DNA of 64,000 nucleotides from Octopus sinensis (taxonomy: Eukaryota). The notes under the pieces are model-generated. The model had not been told where the DNA came from, ran no database searches, and saw only the letters and a list, made by a program, of their open reading frames with translations. The stretch lies in assembly GCF_006345805.1 (NCBI RefSeq), contig NC_043001.1:7378001-7442000 (forward strand). Reading direction: 5' to 3'. A program made the translations under genes and the position numbers. Below, one piece after another: positions 28,307-41,411 of this stretch (positions within the stretch are counted from its first letter, which is position 1; each line of letters opens with the position of its first letter).

Positions 28307-29143
28307 TATCTGTGTGTGTGTGTGTGTGTGTATGTGTGTGGAAGCTTATACACCTTTAGTGTGTGTTAAACCAATGCGAAAAGAAATGTTTTAACACCTT
28401 AACCTGGACTTGTTCGCTATTACTGACAATTTCCTTGTGTAGAAGCATAAATATTTATAATTAAATATATGTATGAATAGTCAGCGAATTGAAATGAGTA
28501 TGTATTAAAATGTTTCACATCTGTCTAGACACCTTGTTACAATTTGTCACTTGGAGAAATGACCCTAGTTATTTTGTATAAACTGTAAGTATTAAAGAAA
28601 TGGTTGAGACATTTCTTATGATGCATCATTCAGACATTTTGGAAAAAAGAAGTGGATAAAACTGTTTATTTAACACTAAACTAATTTGTTATTCTCGGAA
28701 ATACAGTCACAGGAAAAATCAATACAAACATAGTGTTATATTCACCAGTATTCAAACTGCAATAAGTATGGATACCCGTCTTGCAGGTGAATAATTTGTA
28801 TACATTATAATCATTAATGAAGAGCAGAATTAATGATGTACACGGTAATCGTGAAGAAAAGTAAATGTGAGATACCAATGTCTATCATTATCTTTCACTT
28901 GTGGTTATTCGTTGCACCTGGCTTTGAGGAATGCAATGCTTTTTTTTTAATGTAAAATTACACGTCATTAAAGGGATATTCTCAGGACAAATTACCATTG
29001 CTGGAAACGTTTGACAGAACAAAATCAGTAAGTGTGTGATATCACATTATAGGTAAGCTTCTAACACAAAATCTAAAATTGAAATCTATCCACCAGCCTG
29101 CCTATCAATTTGCCTGGTTATTTGTGTATATATATATATATAT

Positions 29144-29175
<32 letters not shown>

Positions 29176-29204
29176 AATATATTATATATATATATTAATA
29201 TACT

Positions 29205-29282
<78 letters not shown>

Positions 29283-29283
29283 T

Positions 29284-29315
<32 letters not shown>

Positions 29316-29994
29316 TATATGCATTTATATGCAAGTTTATATATGTAGGTATTTATGTGTATATGTATGAAAATGTAGTTAGAAATTTATATGTACGTGG
29401 TTTCCATAAAAAAAATCAATCGACGAAAATGCAAAATAACAGTAAGCATTTCATTTAAACATATAAGAGATTTTCACCCAATCAGATGTAGATTTATCAA
29501 TTGAAAATATATATTGTTTACATTATGGTATCTAGCCTACAATATTAGGGTACGTTATAGGTAATGAAAGACATTGTTTTTAAGCAGCAAATTAGGGAGC
29601 TACGAATTTAAGTGGATAGTACTGATTTCTAAACGAAATACTGCTATAGATTGATAGGCAGATAAATTGCAGCAGTCAGATCGTTGGATACGTAAATTGC
29701 TTCTTAAGCGAAGCAATGGTTAGCTGAACTTTGTTTTTAGGCAGGTCACAAGCCTATCTGTCCCATCCTCACCGTAGAAACACCAGCACTCCATACACCA
29801 CCACCATAAAGGCAAACACATGCACAAAGGAGCATCAAAACTGGCCGTGAGAAGAAATACGTTATCAAATATGACGGAACGAACTACGATGAGATAGACA
29901 CATGGGACAATATAATAAAAGTAAATGCCTCCGTATAGTGAGGATTAGCATGGCGATACCATTGTGAGGGGGCAAACGTAGAACATATATAGAG

Positions 29995-30405
29995 AATACT
30001 AAACTCATTCCCTATGGATACCGTATTTATTACAACGAGTGGCTTGTAAACGTATCTAACTCGCTTTCGCTCGTTAGATACGTTTACAAGCCACTCGTTG
30101 TAATAAATACGGTATCCATAGGGAATGAGTTTGGTATTTTATTTATTACACACGAATAAACGACCATATTTTATTAACCCAATAACTAAATTATTCACGT
30201 TTAGTTGTAACTTATGAATGACAAAAGTAGTGCCGTCACCGTGACCTCGGGTCATCACCATGAATTGACCAATCAGAAGCAGCGCTGTCACCGTGACCTC
30301 GGGTCATCACCATGGATTGACCAATCAGAAGCAGCCCTCGCAGTATCTGACATATGTTAGATACCAAAAATATCTCAAAGTGTTCTCACTCACATGTGTG
30401 TAATA
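29995..30405. mobile_element. Non-autonomous palindromic DNA element (Crypton-like/MITE-like)
   Basis: Perfect 60-bp inverted arms at 30001-30060 and 30073-30132 with loop TCGCTTTCGCTC. A 52-bp tandem duplicate containing CCAATCAGAA follows, then TTATTACACAC...GTGTGTAATAA inverted ends. Family assignment is tentative. Confidence 0.55.
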
Positions 30406-30711
30406 AGTCGAGAATAAACGACTAAGTTATAGACTATGAATACTGGGTCAAGAATATAGACACCCGCGAATTACCAAAGTGGAAAGATTATTGTGATCTT
30501 CGCGCTGATTATAATATGGACGTTCTTCAGGAAGATGAAGTTTAACTGTTTAAAGTCGTACAAACTGGTTCCATGAAGTCGATCGGAGTTGGGGGCCGAA
30601 CGGCTTCATAGCATTTTTCGTTTTCATCTATTATTCGTCACTTACATTAGTTTTATCTCCCCACCTCTATGTTGACCTCTTGTGGGTAATAAATTATTTT
30701 TTTACATTTAT

Positions 30712-31913
30712 TTGTTACTTACACTTATGTACATCAGTTGAAATCATTTGTAATTCAAAATGTGTTCATTGCTGATGGCTTCGTGTTTTTAAACACTTTG
30801 ATTTACACTTTATTTTTCTCTGTTATGGCACTTTGTTGAAGCCTACCCTTTCTTCGAAAGTGGTAGCACTGGTGCCACAGATGGAGTATGAAAACCTCAG
30901 TTCCTCCGAGCTTCCGTCTTCCGAGGAGGAAATACTGGAGGTTGTGAATGCAATTGAGGGACAAAAGAAGAAGAAAAGGAGGAAAAGAAATTTTGCCGTA
31001 GTGGCCAAGAGCCACAGCAACGAAGCTGAATTATCGGAATTAAGCAAGTATTATAATATGCTTCGTAGAGAGAAGTGCGATGTAAAGGTGTCCCATCCTA
31101 AATAAAATTTAAAAGCATCTAAGGACAGAAACCTCATGTACAAGACATACTCTGTAAAAACAAAGAAAATAAAAATCATGTCGACCGTGCAAGTCGAGGA
31201 AGCTTTAAAACCAATCTGGCAGGGGAAGTTTACCTTTTCAGAGGAAGAAAGTTTGGAAGGATGGAGGTGCAGTTCCGAGAGGCAGTTATAGCCAGGCTAC
31301 ACACGGCCACAATATTAAAGACGGAAGAAATGGTACTTCTATCCATATGACTTGGGACGCGTGTTCCATGGTTAGGGTAGAAGATAATACCTGAGAGTGA
31401 TGTAACCTGGCTAGCACCTACCGTACTGCTGGGCAAGGAAGAAAAAATAGCGGTCCTACAAGAACGGCGCACAAGAACTGGCAAGGGCACAACCTGGTCA
31501 TGGTAATCCAGGCGGCCCCGAAGGACCGTGAAATCATAGGGGAGACCTTCACCATAGAAGATGTGACATTCGAGAGTCAGAGTGGAAGGCAGGACACCGT
31601 GATGCTAGAAATGGGGTCTGAAAGAGCGGATTTTCGTCCGCCGCCCGTAAAGACCAGAGAAAAGCTTGTAACCCTCAGCGCCGACAAGAGACAAATAAAA
31701 TTCCGAGGAAGTAGAAGAGGGGTCTATGAATACCAAAGTGGACAGATGATCATAATCTTCACGTTGATTAAATATACACGTTCTTCAGAAAAATGAAGAC
31801 TAACAGTTAATCATCTTAATCCATTATCTTCTTCATTCATTACATTCGTCTTCTTGTCCCTATGTTGTATTGCCCCCCCATATATATTGACCCTTGTGGG
31901 AAATAAAGAATTC
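30712..31913 (+). mobile_element. L1/Tx1-like LINE ORF1 pseudogene joined to a 3' tail (no ORF2)
   Basis: MEYENLSSSELPSSEEE...KKKKRRKR...VEEALKPIW...RGRKFGRMEVQF...PESDVTWL, with stops and frameshifts, resembles an ORF1. Ends CCCTTGTGGGAAATAAAGAA. TTTACATTTAT direct repeats at 30701-30711 and 31914-31924. Confidence 0.5.
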
Positions 31914-32640
31914 TTTACATTTATGGATTACATACTGAAGAGAAAAGGCATTATGGCACTTCTATCTGCACACAGCCATTATGGATTTCTACAAAGGTAT
32001 TTTACAATGGATTTATATTATTTTTTCAATATTCTAGCCCAAATTTGTACCAATACACATCTACACCAGTAACGTTTTAAACAACATCTTTATCATAGGA
32101 TTTGAAATAGCATCTCTCCCATTCGGAAATTTCATTTCTGAGACGAGAAAAAATGATCATCAATTTTATAATAATGATTACCTCCTAATAAAGATTGTCA
32201 ATTTTGGATTTCATTTCGAAAGGTAATACATTCCTGAAACGATGGTAAGATATCTGAAACTGTTTCATATAATCATACATTATATATTTATCTATTAATA
32301 CAACATTACTTATAGTATGGACGACTATCTTCTTAAATTGTTTGATGAAATTTTTCCTGCATTTACGATATAATAAATAATCTCTTTAACTGAATCCCTA
32401 AATATCTTTAAGGATTTACGCATTTCTCATACGAGGAGCACTTATCTGAAAACCAGTACACTTTATTCGCATTATATATATTTGAGAAACTATATATATA
32501 TATTCTTGGTTGTGATTTCTCATTTTATTAAATTTTTATTAAATTAAATTTTTTACATTCTCAGTATAGTTAAAAGAAAAAAAGTTGCTTTTTATAATTA
32601 GCCAACAGGCTAAACTACATCATATAACTAGTAATACATT

Positions 32641-32750
32641 CAGTCATCATCATCATCATCATCATCGTCATCCTCATCATCACCATCACCATTATCTTCA
32701 TAATGAGTAGTAGTATTAGTAGCAGCAACAGCAATAGCAGCACGTAGTAA

Positions 32751-32793
<43 letters not shown>

Positions 32794-32830
32794 GGTGGTG
32801 GTAGTAGTAGTGGTGCTAGTATTAGTAGTA
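32641..32830. repeat. Compound (TCA)n/(TAG)n/(TGG)n microsatellite
   Basis: Seen directly. Confidence 0.9.
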
Positions 32831-33650
32831 TTTGTTCAGTGAAAAACCACACTCTTGTTTCACAGCGACGGTTTTAAAAGCTGTAATTTATATTACATTT
32901 TCCTAACAAATTACTTTCTCCTTCTCTCTTTCTTTCAGTGCCCATTCACAAATAAACCCCTCCACACACACACACACACTTACACACACGCACACGGGAC
33001 CACACATATTGACATACCCACACAAACACTCACCCACACTCTTTATGTCATAAGTAAGTATACCTTCCTTAAATATAGATTACAATACATAAATTTTCGA
33101 TTATAACCTATGTAAGGTAAGTTTATGCATGAAAACCTAATGAGAAGTTTGATCGACCGTGTCCAGCTTATATGAGGATATTCATACAAGTGTGACCGCT
33201 CCCTATTGTGTTATCATCCTGATGAGATCCTACTTATGATTATAACTGAGTGTGGCTTTTGCGTGTGTTCTGTGCTCATTTCTTCGTTTAAAATATCTAT
33301 TGTGTTTTAACATAAATGTGTCCACTGACATGTGTTCTGGTTTATCTCTTGCTATATTTGAAGGTGTAACATATTCATGGCTATGTGCTTCTTGGATCAT
33401 ATGTGTATGTGTGAAAGCGTACTTCATTTACCTACTATATTGTTGTTCCGGAGTCTTCGATGACGCTCTCTGTGACGCTGATCCTGGCTTGGTTATTTTC
33501 TCTCCTTCCCTTTCTCTCTCTGTCTCTCTCACATACAAATACACATATGCAATCACAAGCACACATACACATATAAATAAGTACAGTAATACCTGGACTA
33601 TCGCGGGTGTGACGTTCCAAAATCCTTCGTGATAGAAAATACACGAAATA

Positions 33651-34943
33651 TTGCATTGGCAACTATGTTCACACCGTTTTTTTTAAATTTTGGAATTTAT
33701 TGGGTTTTTAGATTTTGGAATCCATTTTTTTCGAGAATTGTGTTTTCGAATCATTATGGAATCTATTTTGTTGTTTTTCTAGTCAATTTTAGTTAATTTT
33801 TATTTATTTTCAAATCATTAAAATGGAATGTCAATTTAAGAAAAACGAGCATATTCGACACCTCGTTCTTTTTACTTTTAATCAAGGTTCTAAGGCCGCC
33901 AAAGCAGCTCACGACATTTGTGCTGTGCATGGAGAGGGTTGCCATAGCTGAAAGAACCGTTCGTGCTTGGCATGCCAAGATCAAAAATGGAATTTTTGAC
34001 CTCAAAGACACACCTCGTTCTGGCCGTCCAGTTGAGTTCCATGAGGAGCGATTAAACCAACTTATGCACGACAATTCTCCTAGGATAAGGGAACTGGCAG
34101 AGAAAATGGAATGCTTCCAAACTGCTATAGAGAAGAATCCTCACTCGGTGGGAAAGGTTCAAAAGTATGGAGCATGGTTTCCGCATGCTTTAAGTTACAA
34201 CAACAAAAATCAACGAGCCACAATTTCCGCTGGTTGCTTGCTTGTCACCGCTCAACTCATGGACATAAGCAACGATTTCTTTACCGAATCGTTACTGGCG
34301 ACGAAAAAAGGGGCCCGTACATCAATATGAAGAAGCGTAAGGAATGATTTAGCCCTGGTAAACAAGTGATACCGCGTGTGAAACAAGATTTTAATTCGCG
34401 TAAAACGATGTTGTGCGTATGGTGGGACTGGGAAGGATTATCCATTACGAATTGCTTGAACGGAACCAAACGGTCAACGCGGAACTCTATATTCAACAGA
34501 TGGAATGACTCAACACGGATATTCAAGAGAAATGACCTAATCGGCAGTATAGAGTTCTTCTGCTGCACGACAACGCCCGCTCTCATATCGCCAATATGAC
34601 CAAGAAAGACATTCAAACGCATGGGCGGGGAAGTGCTGCCACACCTATTGTACTCTCCTGATTTGGCACCAATGGATTTGCACATCTTTCGATGTCTTTC
34701 AAATTCAATGCGCTGAGTTTAATACTGATGCAGAATTGAGAGCTTGGTTGGATCAATTTTTCGAGTGGAAATCGGGTGATTTCCACCAACAGGTATTGAA
34801 AATCTTGTTGAACGTTGTTGGGAAGAAGTTGTAAACAACAAGGGTGAATACATTATTGATTAATTAGTTGTCATTGTTTATTAAACCTGTTAAAACATAT
34901 AAATTATTTTTAAAAAACGGCGGGAACTTAGTTGCCCACCTAC
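33651..34943 (+). mobile_element. Full-length decayed mariner (Tc1/mariner, DD34D-type) transposon
   Basis: Imperfect ~30-bp TIRs (TTGGCAACTATGTTCACACCGTTTTTT / AAAAAACGGCGGGAACTTAGTTGCCCA) with TA at the left end. Frameshifted transposase ~33823-34863 carries PRSGRP, WFPHAL, IVTGDEK, LHDNA and YSPDLAPMD. Confidence 0.95.
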
Positions 34944-35265
34944 AAGAAACAGTTCTGTACTGTATATTTTTATTATTGTTATAATTTGTATACATTTCTT
35001 TCATTTTATCATAAAGCAAGACAACACCACGGAGGAATCAGCGTAAGCTTAAATAAAAAAAAAAAACGTGATATGTGTATCGCGATATGGCGAAGGATTA
35101 CTCTACATAGACAGACCGGCAAGCAGATAGACAGACATGCAGACATACAAACAGCCAGATAGGGAGGTAGGTAGGTAGATAGGTATGTAGATAGATAGAT
35201 ATATAGATATTTATATATATATTATATATATACATACATGCATATATATATACATATATATATAT

Positions 35266-35341
<76 letters not shown>

Positions 35342-35862
35342 ACAGACGCCTGTTAAATCGCGTGGGTCTTCTCAATATTATAGGTACATGATTATCTGTT
35401 ATAGGTGATCTCATTTTATCAGGTGAAAAGGATAAAAGTCCCATTGAATAACCGCTTTATCGCTGTGCTATATTGGAAATTCTCTCATGAATGTAACATA
35501 GGATTTAATTATAGGAAAACTACAGGCCTTGCTCTTTTGTAAACCGTCAAGTAGAGATTTATTCTGCAGAGATTAATTCGGCTTTTTACTCAGTACGATT
35601 AATTATGGTACGCAGCGACCTACTTGGAAGATCGAAACGGTTGATCGTAGAATCTGAATTCGGACAAAAATTTCACATTGAAATAGTGACTACATAGCAA
35701 CTAGAAAATAATAAGTAGGAAAATTAAAAAAAAACAAAAACAAAAACAAAAACAAAACAATGTGTACACTTTCATTATCTGAACATAGATTGCGTTGAGA
35801 GTATTTTATAGAATCAAACATTTTTAAGAATACTAGTTGTAGGATTAATGTCTGGGAATGAA

Positions 35863-36294
35863 GGCGGCGAGCTGGCAGAAACGTTAGCACACCGGGCGAA
35901 TTGCGTAGCCGTATTTCGTCTGCCGTCACGTTCTGGGTTCATATTCCACCGCGGTCGACTTTACCTTTCATCCTTTCGGGTTCGATAAATTAAGTACCAG
36001 TTACGCACTGGGGTCGATGTAATCGACTTAATCCATTTGTCTGTCCTTGTTTGTCCCCTCTGTGTTTAGCCCCTTGTGGGTAGTAAAGAAATAGAATGAA
36101 GGCAGCGAGCTGGCAGAAACGTTAGCACACCGGGCGAAATGCGTAGCCGTATTTCGTCTGCCGTCACGTTCTGGGTTCATATTCCACCGCGGTCGACTTT
36201 GCCTTTCATCATTTTGGGGTCGATAATGGACTTGATCCGTTTGTCTGTTCTTCTTTGTCCCCTCTGTGTTTAACCCCTTGTTGGTAATAAAGAA
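35863..36294 (+). mobile_element. Head-to-tail dimer of SINE family A
   Basis: Copies at 35863-36093 and 36101-36294 share one 19-bp TSD, AGGATTAATGTCT(G/A)GGAAT, at 35841 and 36296. Confidence 0.9.
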
Positions 36295-36878
36295 AAGGAT
36301 TAATGTCTAGGAATAGGACGTCACGAAATTTTAGTGGTATAATAAAGATGACAATTACTGCAGCAGTAAAATCCCGTTCTCGGAATTTGTGAAATGAGTA
36401 TTTTACCAATTTGGTGATTTAAAGACGTATACAAATTCAGAGTTAAGTACCAAACATCGTTGGTTACCTAGAATATAAATAGCTGTTTGTTTTACCTTCG
36501 TGTGTTGACACATTAACATCGTGAAAATAATTTGTCGGATAATGTACACCTCAGAATTTAATTAAATTATGACATTGCGTGGAAAATTCGGATATAGCCA
36601 CGTCATGTACTTGTTTATATTCATGGTTTCGTTGTATACTGCCAATATTTCAGATGTTTCACAAAATTACAAACGGTAAAGTAATGTTATTGCCCTGTGA
36701 GATATTAATAGACATAAGTCCTACGCTGACCTTTCTATCTACATTTCTATGTCAGGAAGCAAATCCTGTTTTTGACCAAATGAAATGGTGTGACGTTAGC
36801 TGAGAAAGAACAGGGTAACACTAGGTATTAATATATTGTTTTGACCAGGATGATAGATGTTTTCAATCAAATATGTAT

Positions 36879-37475
36879 TCCTTTCTTTCTACTCTAGGCA
36901 CAAGACTCGAAAAGTTTTGGGAAGGAGCCATCCGATTAGATCGACCCCAGTATCCAACTGGTACTTAATTTATTGACCCCGAAAGGATGAAAGGCGGGTT
37001 TTGAACTCAGAACGTAACGGCAGAAGAAATACCAATTTCTTTACTACCCACAAAGGGCTAAACACAGAGGATAAACAAGGACAGAGAAACGGATTAAGTC
37101 GATTACATCGACCCCAATGCGTAACTGGTACTTAATTTATCGACCCCGAAAGGATGAAAAGTAAAGTCGACGTCGGCGGAATTTGAACTCAGAACGTGAC
37201 GGCAGACGAAATACCGCTAAGCACTTCGCCCGTCGGCAAACGTTTCTTATTTCTTCAATGTCCACAAGGAGCTAAACACAGAGGGGTCAAACAACGAAAG
37301 ACAAAGGAATTAAGTCAATTACAACAACCCAGTGCGTAGCTAGTACTTAATTTATCGACCACGAAGGGATGAAAGGCAAAGTTGACCTCGGCCGAATTTG
37401 AACTAAGAATGTAACGGTAGACGAAATATCGCTAAGCATTTCGTCCGTCATGCTAACATTTATGCCAGCTCGCCC
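36879..37475 (-). mobile_element. Nested/tandem array of three SINE family A bodies
   Basis: Three GAA(A/G)GGATGAAA...GAACT(C/A)AGAA cores; TTTCAATCAAA TSD at 36861 and 37477. Confidence 0.85.
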
Positions 37476-39419
37476 CTTTCAATCAAAGAAATATTAATAG
37501 GCTTCTGATAACTTAACCATGAAACCACGTAAGTAATGAATACGTTCTAAAGAGAACCAAAAACACGACCACTTTTCGCAATCACGAATGAACTAAAACT
37601 GAAGCTAGGAGGTCATATCATCTGGTTTCCAGAACAGCACTATTCTAAAACAAGTATTACCAGTGAGATAAGAGAGAGAGAGAAGTCGTCCGATAACTAC
37701 GTGTTGCAGAACATGCATAACCGACATGAGACAGTCCAATATCAAACAGGCGGATGTAGAGAAAACTGCACTGAACGGCAACCATTATCCCCTGGCTCAG
37801 CACGGATTATTTTCGCGCCAACTGACAAAATACAAGATCCTTAAATATGGCTGTATTACTTGCTTTAAATAACAGTGAATAAACTCTTATTTAGTAGCAA
37901 TATTTTGATGTGTCCCATTTTTGTTGATCCTTATATATGCATGTTCAATAAATAAGTATCATCAACTCTGCCTGCTCTTTACCGTTACTTTAAATAACTC
38001 AAGTCTGTCGTATGCAATTTACCAAAAGTGCCAAAATATCATATATATATATATATATGTGTGTGTGCGTGTGTATAGTAAACAGGATTCTGTATAGTAA
38101 ACAGGATTCTAGGCAACATCGCTGGAACCGAATAGTTACGGTGTAGCTGATTTTTCAAAATATTTCATTCTCATATTTAGCACCTTACAAAACTCATTAA
38201 ATCTCTTTATTTACACAGATATTATCTAATACAGCGTCGAGTCTAAATACAATACGATGAAATACTGGGCTTTTGTTTGAGAAGCAACTCTTCATTATTA
38301 AATGCAGTAAGACATATCTTTGTTTAAATAACAATTTCTAAATTAACAAAAATTAGCACAAATTCTCTCGAGTGATAAACTACAGATCTCTTTTAAATTG
38401 TGAATGATGGACGCTTGACTGTTCCGGTTATTTGCATACATGATGAGAGGGAGTTTCCTTTATTGTCAATTCAGTATAACTACAACTACATTTCAGGACA
38501 ATACTTTCGAAAGGGACTAATACAGTGTGTCCCTGTTTATCGGTTTCCAGGAATTTGTGATTTTCCTGTTTTTGACATTTATATTATTTAGTAGGCATTT
38601 ACATATTAATCCAATTTCACTCTTCGTTGCGTTCATGCTCTCTATAATATGTTAACGTGGTATAAGCTTCACGCTTCGTTAAACATTCTATGGCACTATC
38701 TACTTTCAAATTCCACAGTGTATCTTCAATTTTCTTATAGATATCGATAAAGAAGCTAACTGAAACCTTACTGCCTCGCATTCCTTCTTTAATTGATGTA
38801 AATATACGTAGACATAAGATGATATGAATTCATAAACTGTAATATACACGTATTGTTGTAACAGAAGTATGTATAAAGTTATCTGATATTTATGACTTCT
38901 CAACTCGTGACGTCGTTCAATGAAACTAATCCTTCTGGAAGCAAAATGACACGAGAAACATTTATTTTAGGATATTCACATTCATATTCAAATTGTAGCA
39001 AATGTTCAGAATCATTCAGACACTTTATATATTTCGCATCATATATTGATACATGCAACACATTGAAAATGCGTGGTGATAATACTTGTGTTGCATTCAT
39101 GTCTACACCATGTAAAATAAATTAATATTCAATGGTACATATATGCCATTTTGTCCGTTTCACGGACATAGAAATATAATTTGTGTGAAGTTTTGAATTA
39201 CAGAAAAATACGTTTCGGTAAATAATTTCACGAAAACGACTTTCATATTTATGCCACTTAAGTTGAGATTGATTTCACAGCACGGGTAATTTATTGTAAT
39301 GAAAATATTACATGACTTCTCAAAATATGTAATTTTTTTACAAGGTAAAAGCCACTTTTTCCAAAGCATTTTTCTCCTACTTCTTTACGTCATGGGTTCA
39401 AAACACATCAACGTTAATA

Positions 39420-39835
39420 TATTTCTTTACTGCCCACAAGAAGTTGAATATATAGGGGAAAAACAAGGACAGATAAAGGGATTAAGTCGATTACATCGAC
39501 CCCAGAGAGAAACTGGTGCTTTATTTAATCGACCCCGAAAGGATGAAAGGCAAAGTCGACATCGGCGGGTTTTCAACTCAGAACGTAACGACAGACGAAA
39601 TACCTATTTCTTTACTACCCACAAGGGGCTAAACACAGAGGAGACAAAGAAGGACAGACATAGGTATTATATCGATTATATCGACCCCAGTGCGTAACTG
39701 GTACTTAATTTATCGACCCCGAAAGGAAGAAAGGCAAAGTCGTCCTCGGTGGAATTTAAACTCAGAACATAGCGACAGACGAAATACCGCTAAGTATTTC
39801 GGCCGGCGCGCTAACGTTTCTGCCAGCTCGCCGCC
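39420..39835 (-). mobile_element. Two tandem SINE family A bodies
   Basis: Two cores joined at GACGAAATACC|TATTTCTTTACT, with diverged AAACAC..CAA.GTTAAT flanks. Confidence 0.85.
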
Positions 39836-40191
39836 TTATAAACACACCAAGGTTAATTGTACCTTTAATCGTTACGTATCCGATAAAATAAAGGGACAGA
39901 GAAGATCATGTAATCGACTATTCTCTTCGATCTTTTCATTTCTTACGAAAGCCATATTTTCTATTTTTTAAATCTGTTTAAAAAGTCAATATTTCGAAAT
40001 GTGAGTCCACCAAAGTATTTGATTGATTAATTTATTGAAAGGATGCTATTTCCGGTTCCTCTATCTTTTCATGCTTCTATTCGTTCAGCTAGTTATAGGA
40101 ACCTATTTCCTCGAAAATTTACTTTATTTTTTGTCAGTTCAATTTATTATTTCTTTTGGATATAAATTTCGTTTGGAAATTTATGAAAGAT

Positions 40192-40598
40192 AGGCGTAGG
40201 AGTGGCTTTGTGGTAAGTAGCTTGTTAACCAACCACATGGTTCCGGGTTCAGTCCCACTGCGTGGCATCTAGGGCTAGTGTCTTCTACTATAGCCCCGGG
40301 CCGACCAATGCCTTGTGAGTGGATTTGGTAGACGGAAACTGAAAGAAGCCCGTCGTATATATGTATATATATATATGTGTGTGTGTGTTTGTGTGTCTGT
40401 GTTTGTCCCCCTAGCATTGCTTGACGACCGATGCTGGTGGGTTTATGGCCCCGTCACTTAGCGGTTCGGCAAAAAGAGACCGATAGAATAAGTACTAGGC
40501 ATACAAAGAATAAGTCCTTGGGTCGATTTGCTCGACCAAAGGTGGTGCTCCAGCATGGCCGCAGTCAAATGACTGAAATAAGTAAAAGAGTAAAGAGT
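40192..40598 (+). mobile_element. SINE family B, full length
   Basis: GGCGTAGGAGTGGC...GTAAAAGAGTAAAGAG. Confidence 0.9.
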
Positions 40599-41048
40599 AT
40601 ATCCTGATGCCTATGCTAAAATCTGTATGCACGTATTGCTTAAGCCCCCCACCCTTTCATTTCGTATCTTGATCTTCTGGGAAGTTCTGTACGTCTTTTA
40701 TAAACAAGAACACTTTCACTGTTGTCTAACTAAGACAAAAATTGAGTTGATTTTAATTTATATTTTCAGAAATATTTCAAGAATTATTTTGATGCAATAT
40801 TTAAATATAATATCTTAATAGATTATATATTTGCCCTTTGAAAATAAACCGCTTTTTTTGTCCCGGAGAAGGACGAGATGCAAGGGGGCCGATACATACA
40901 CGTACCTCCGTGCATAAAATGAACTAATTCTTTTGTTTTTAGACTCTTACTGCCTTGAAACAACATTCTATATTTTTTGGAGTAAAACATGTCAGAAGCC
41001 AGTTTTCATTAGAACCTACCAGTCCTGCATGGTTGTGCTTTACCTACC

Positions 41049-41279
41049 TATTTCTTTACTACCCCCAAGGGGCTAAACACAGGGAGGAAAAACAAGGACA
41101 GGCAAACGGATTAAGTCGATTATATCGACCCCAGAGTGTAACTAGTACTTAATTTATCGACTCCGAAAGGATGAAAGGCAAAATCGACCTCGGCGGAATT
41201 TGAACTCAGGACGTAACGACAGACGAAATACGGCTACGCATTTCGCCCGGCGTGCTAACGTTTCTGCCAGCTCGCCGCC
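41049..41279 (-). mobile_element. SINE family A
   Basis: Consensus match; TSD TTGTGCTTTA(C/T)CTACC. Confidence 0.9.
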
Positions 41280-41411
41280 TTTGTGCTTTATCTACCATTA
41301 CCAAAGTATATTAGAAATTGTAATATCATGTCCCTGGCAAGATGGATATTAATTTCGAGAAAGTCGTTGGACATTTCTGTTTTACTCATGTCTGAGAAAT
41401 GAATATTCATG

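Noticed and set aside
33217-33250. CCTGATGAG motif
   Set aside because: No correctly spaced GAAA or stems.
36879-37475. CRISPR-like repeat array
   Set aside because: Units are ~200-bp SINE bodies with no spacers or cas genes, in a eukaryotic context.
38072-38109. 19-bp tandem duplication (similar ones at ~26727 and ~5740)
   Set aside because: Ordinary slippage duplications.
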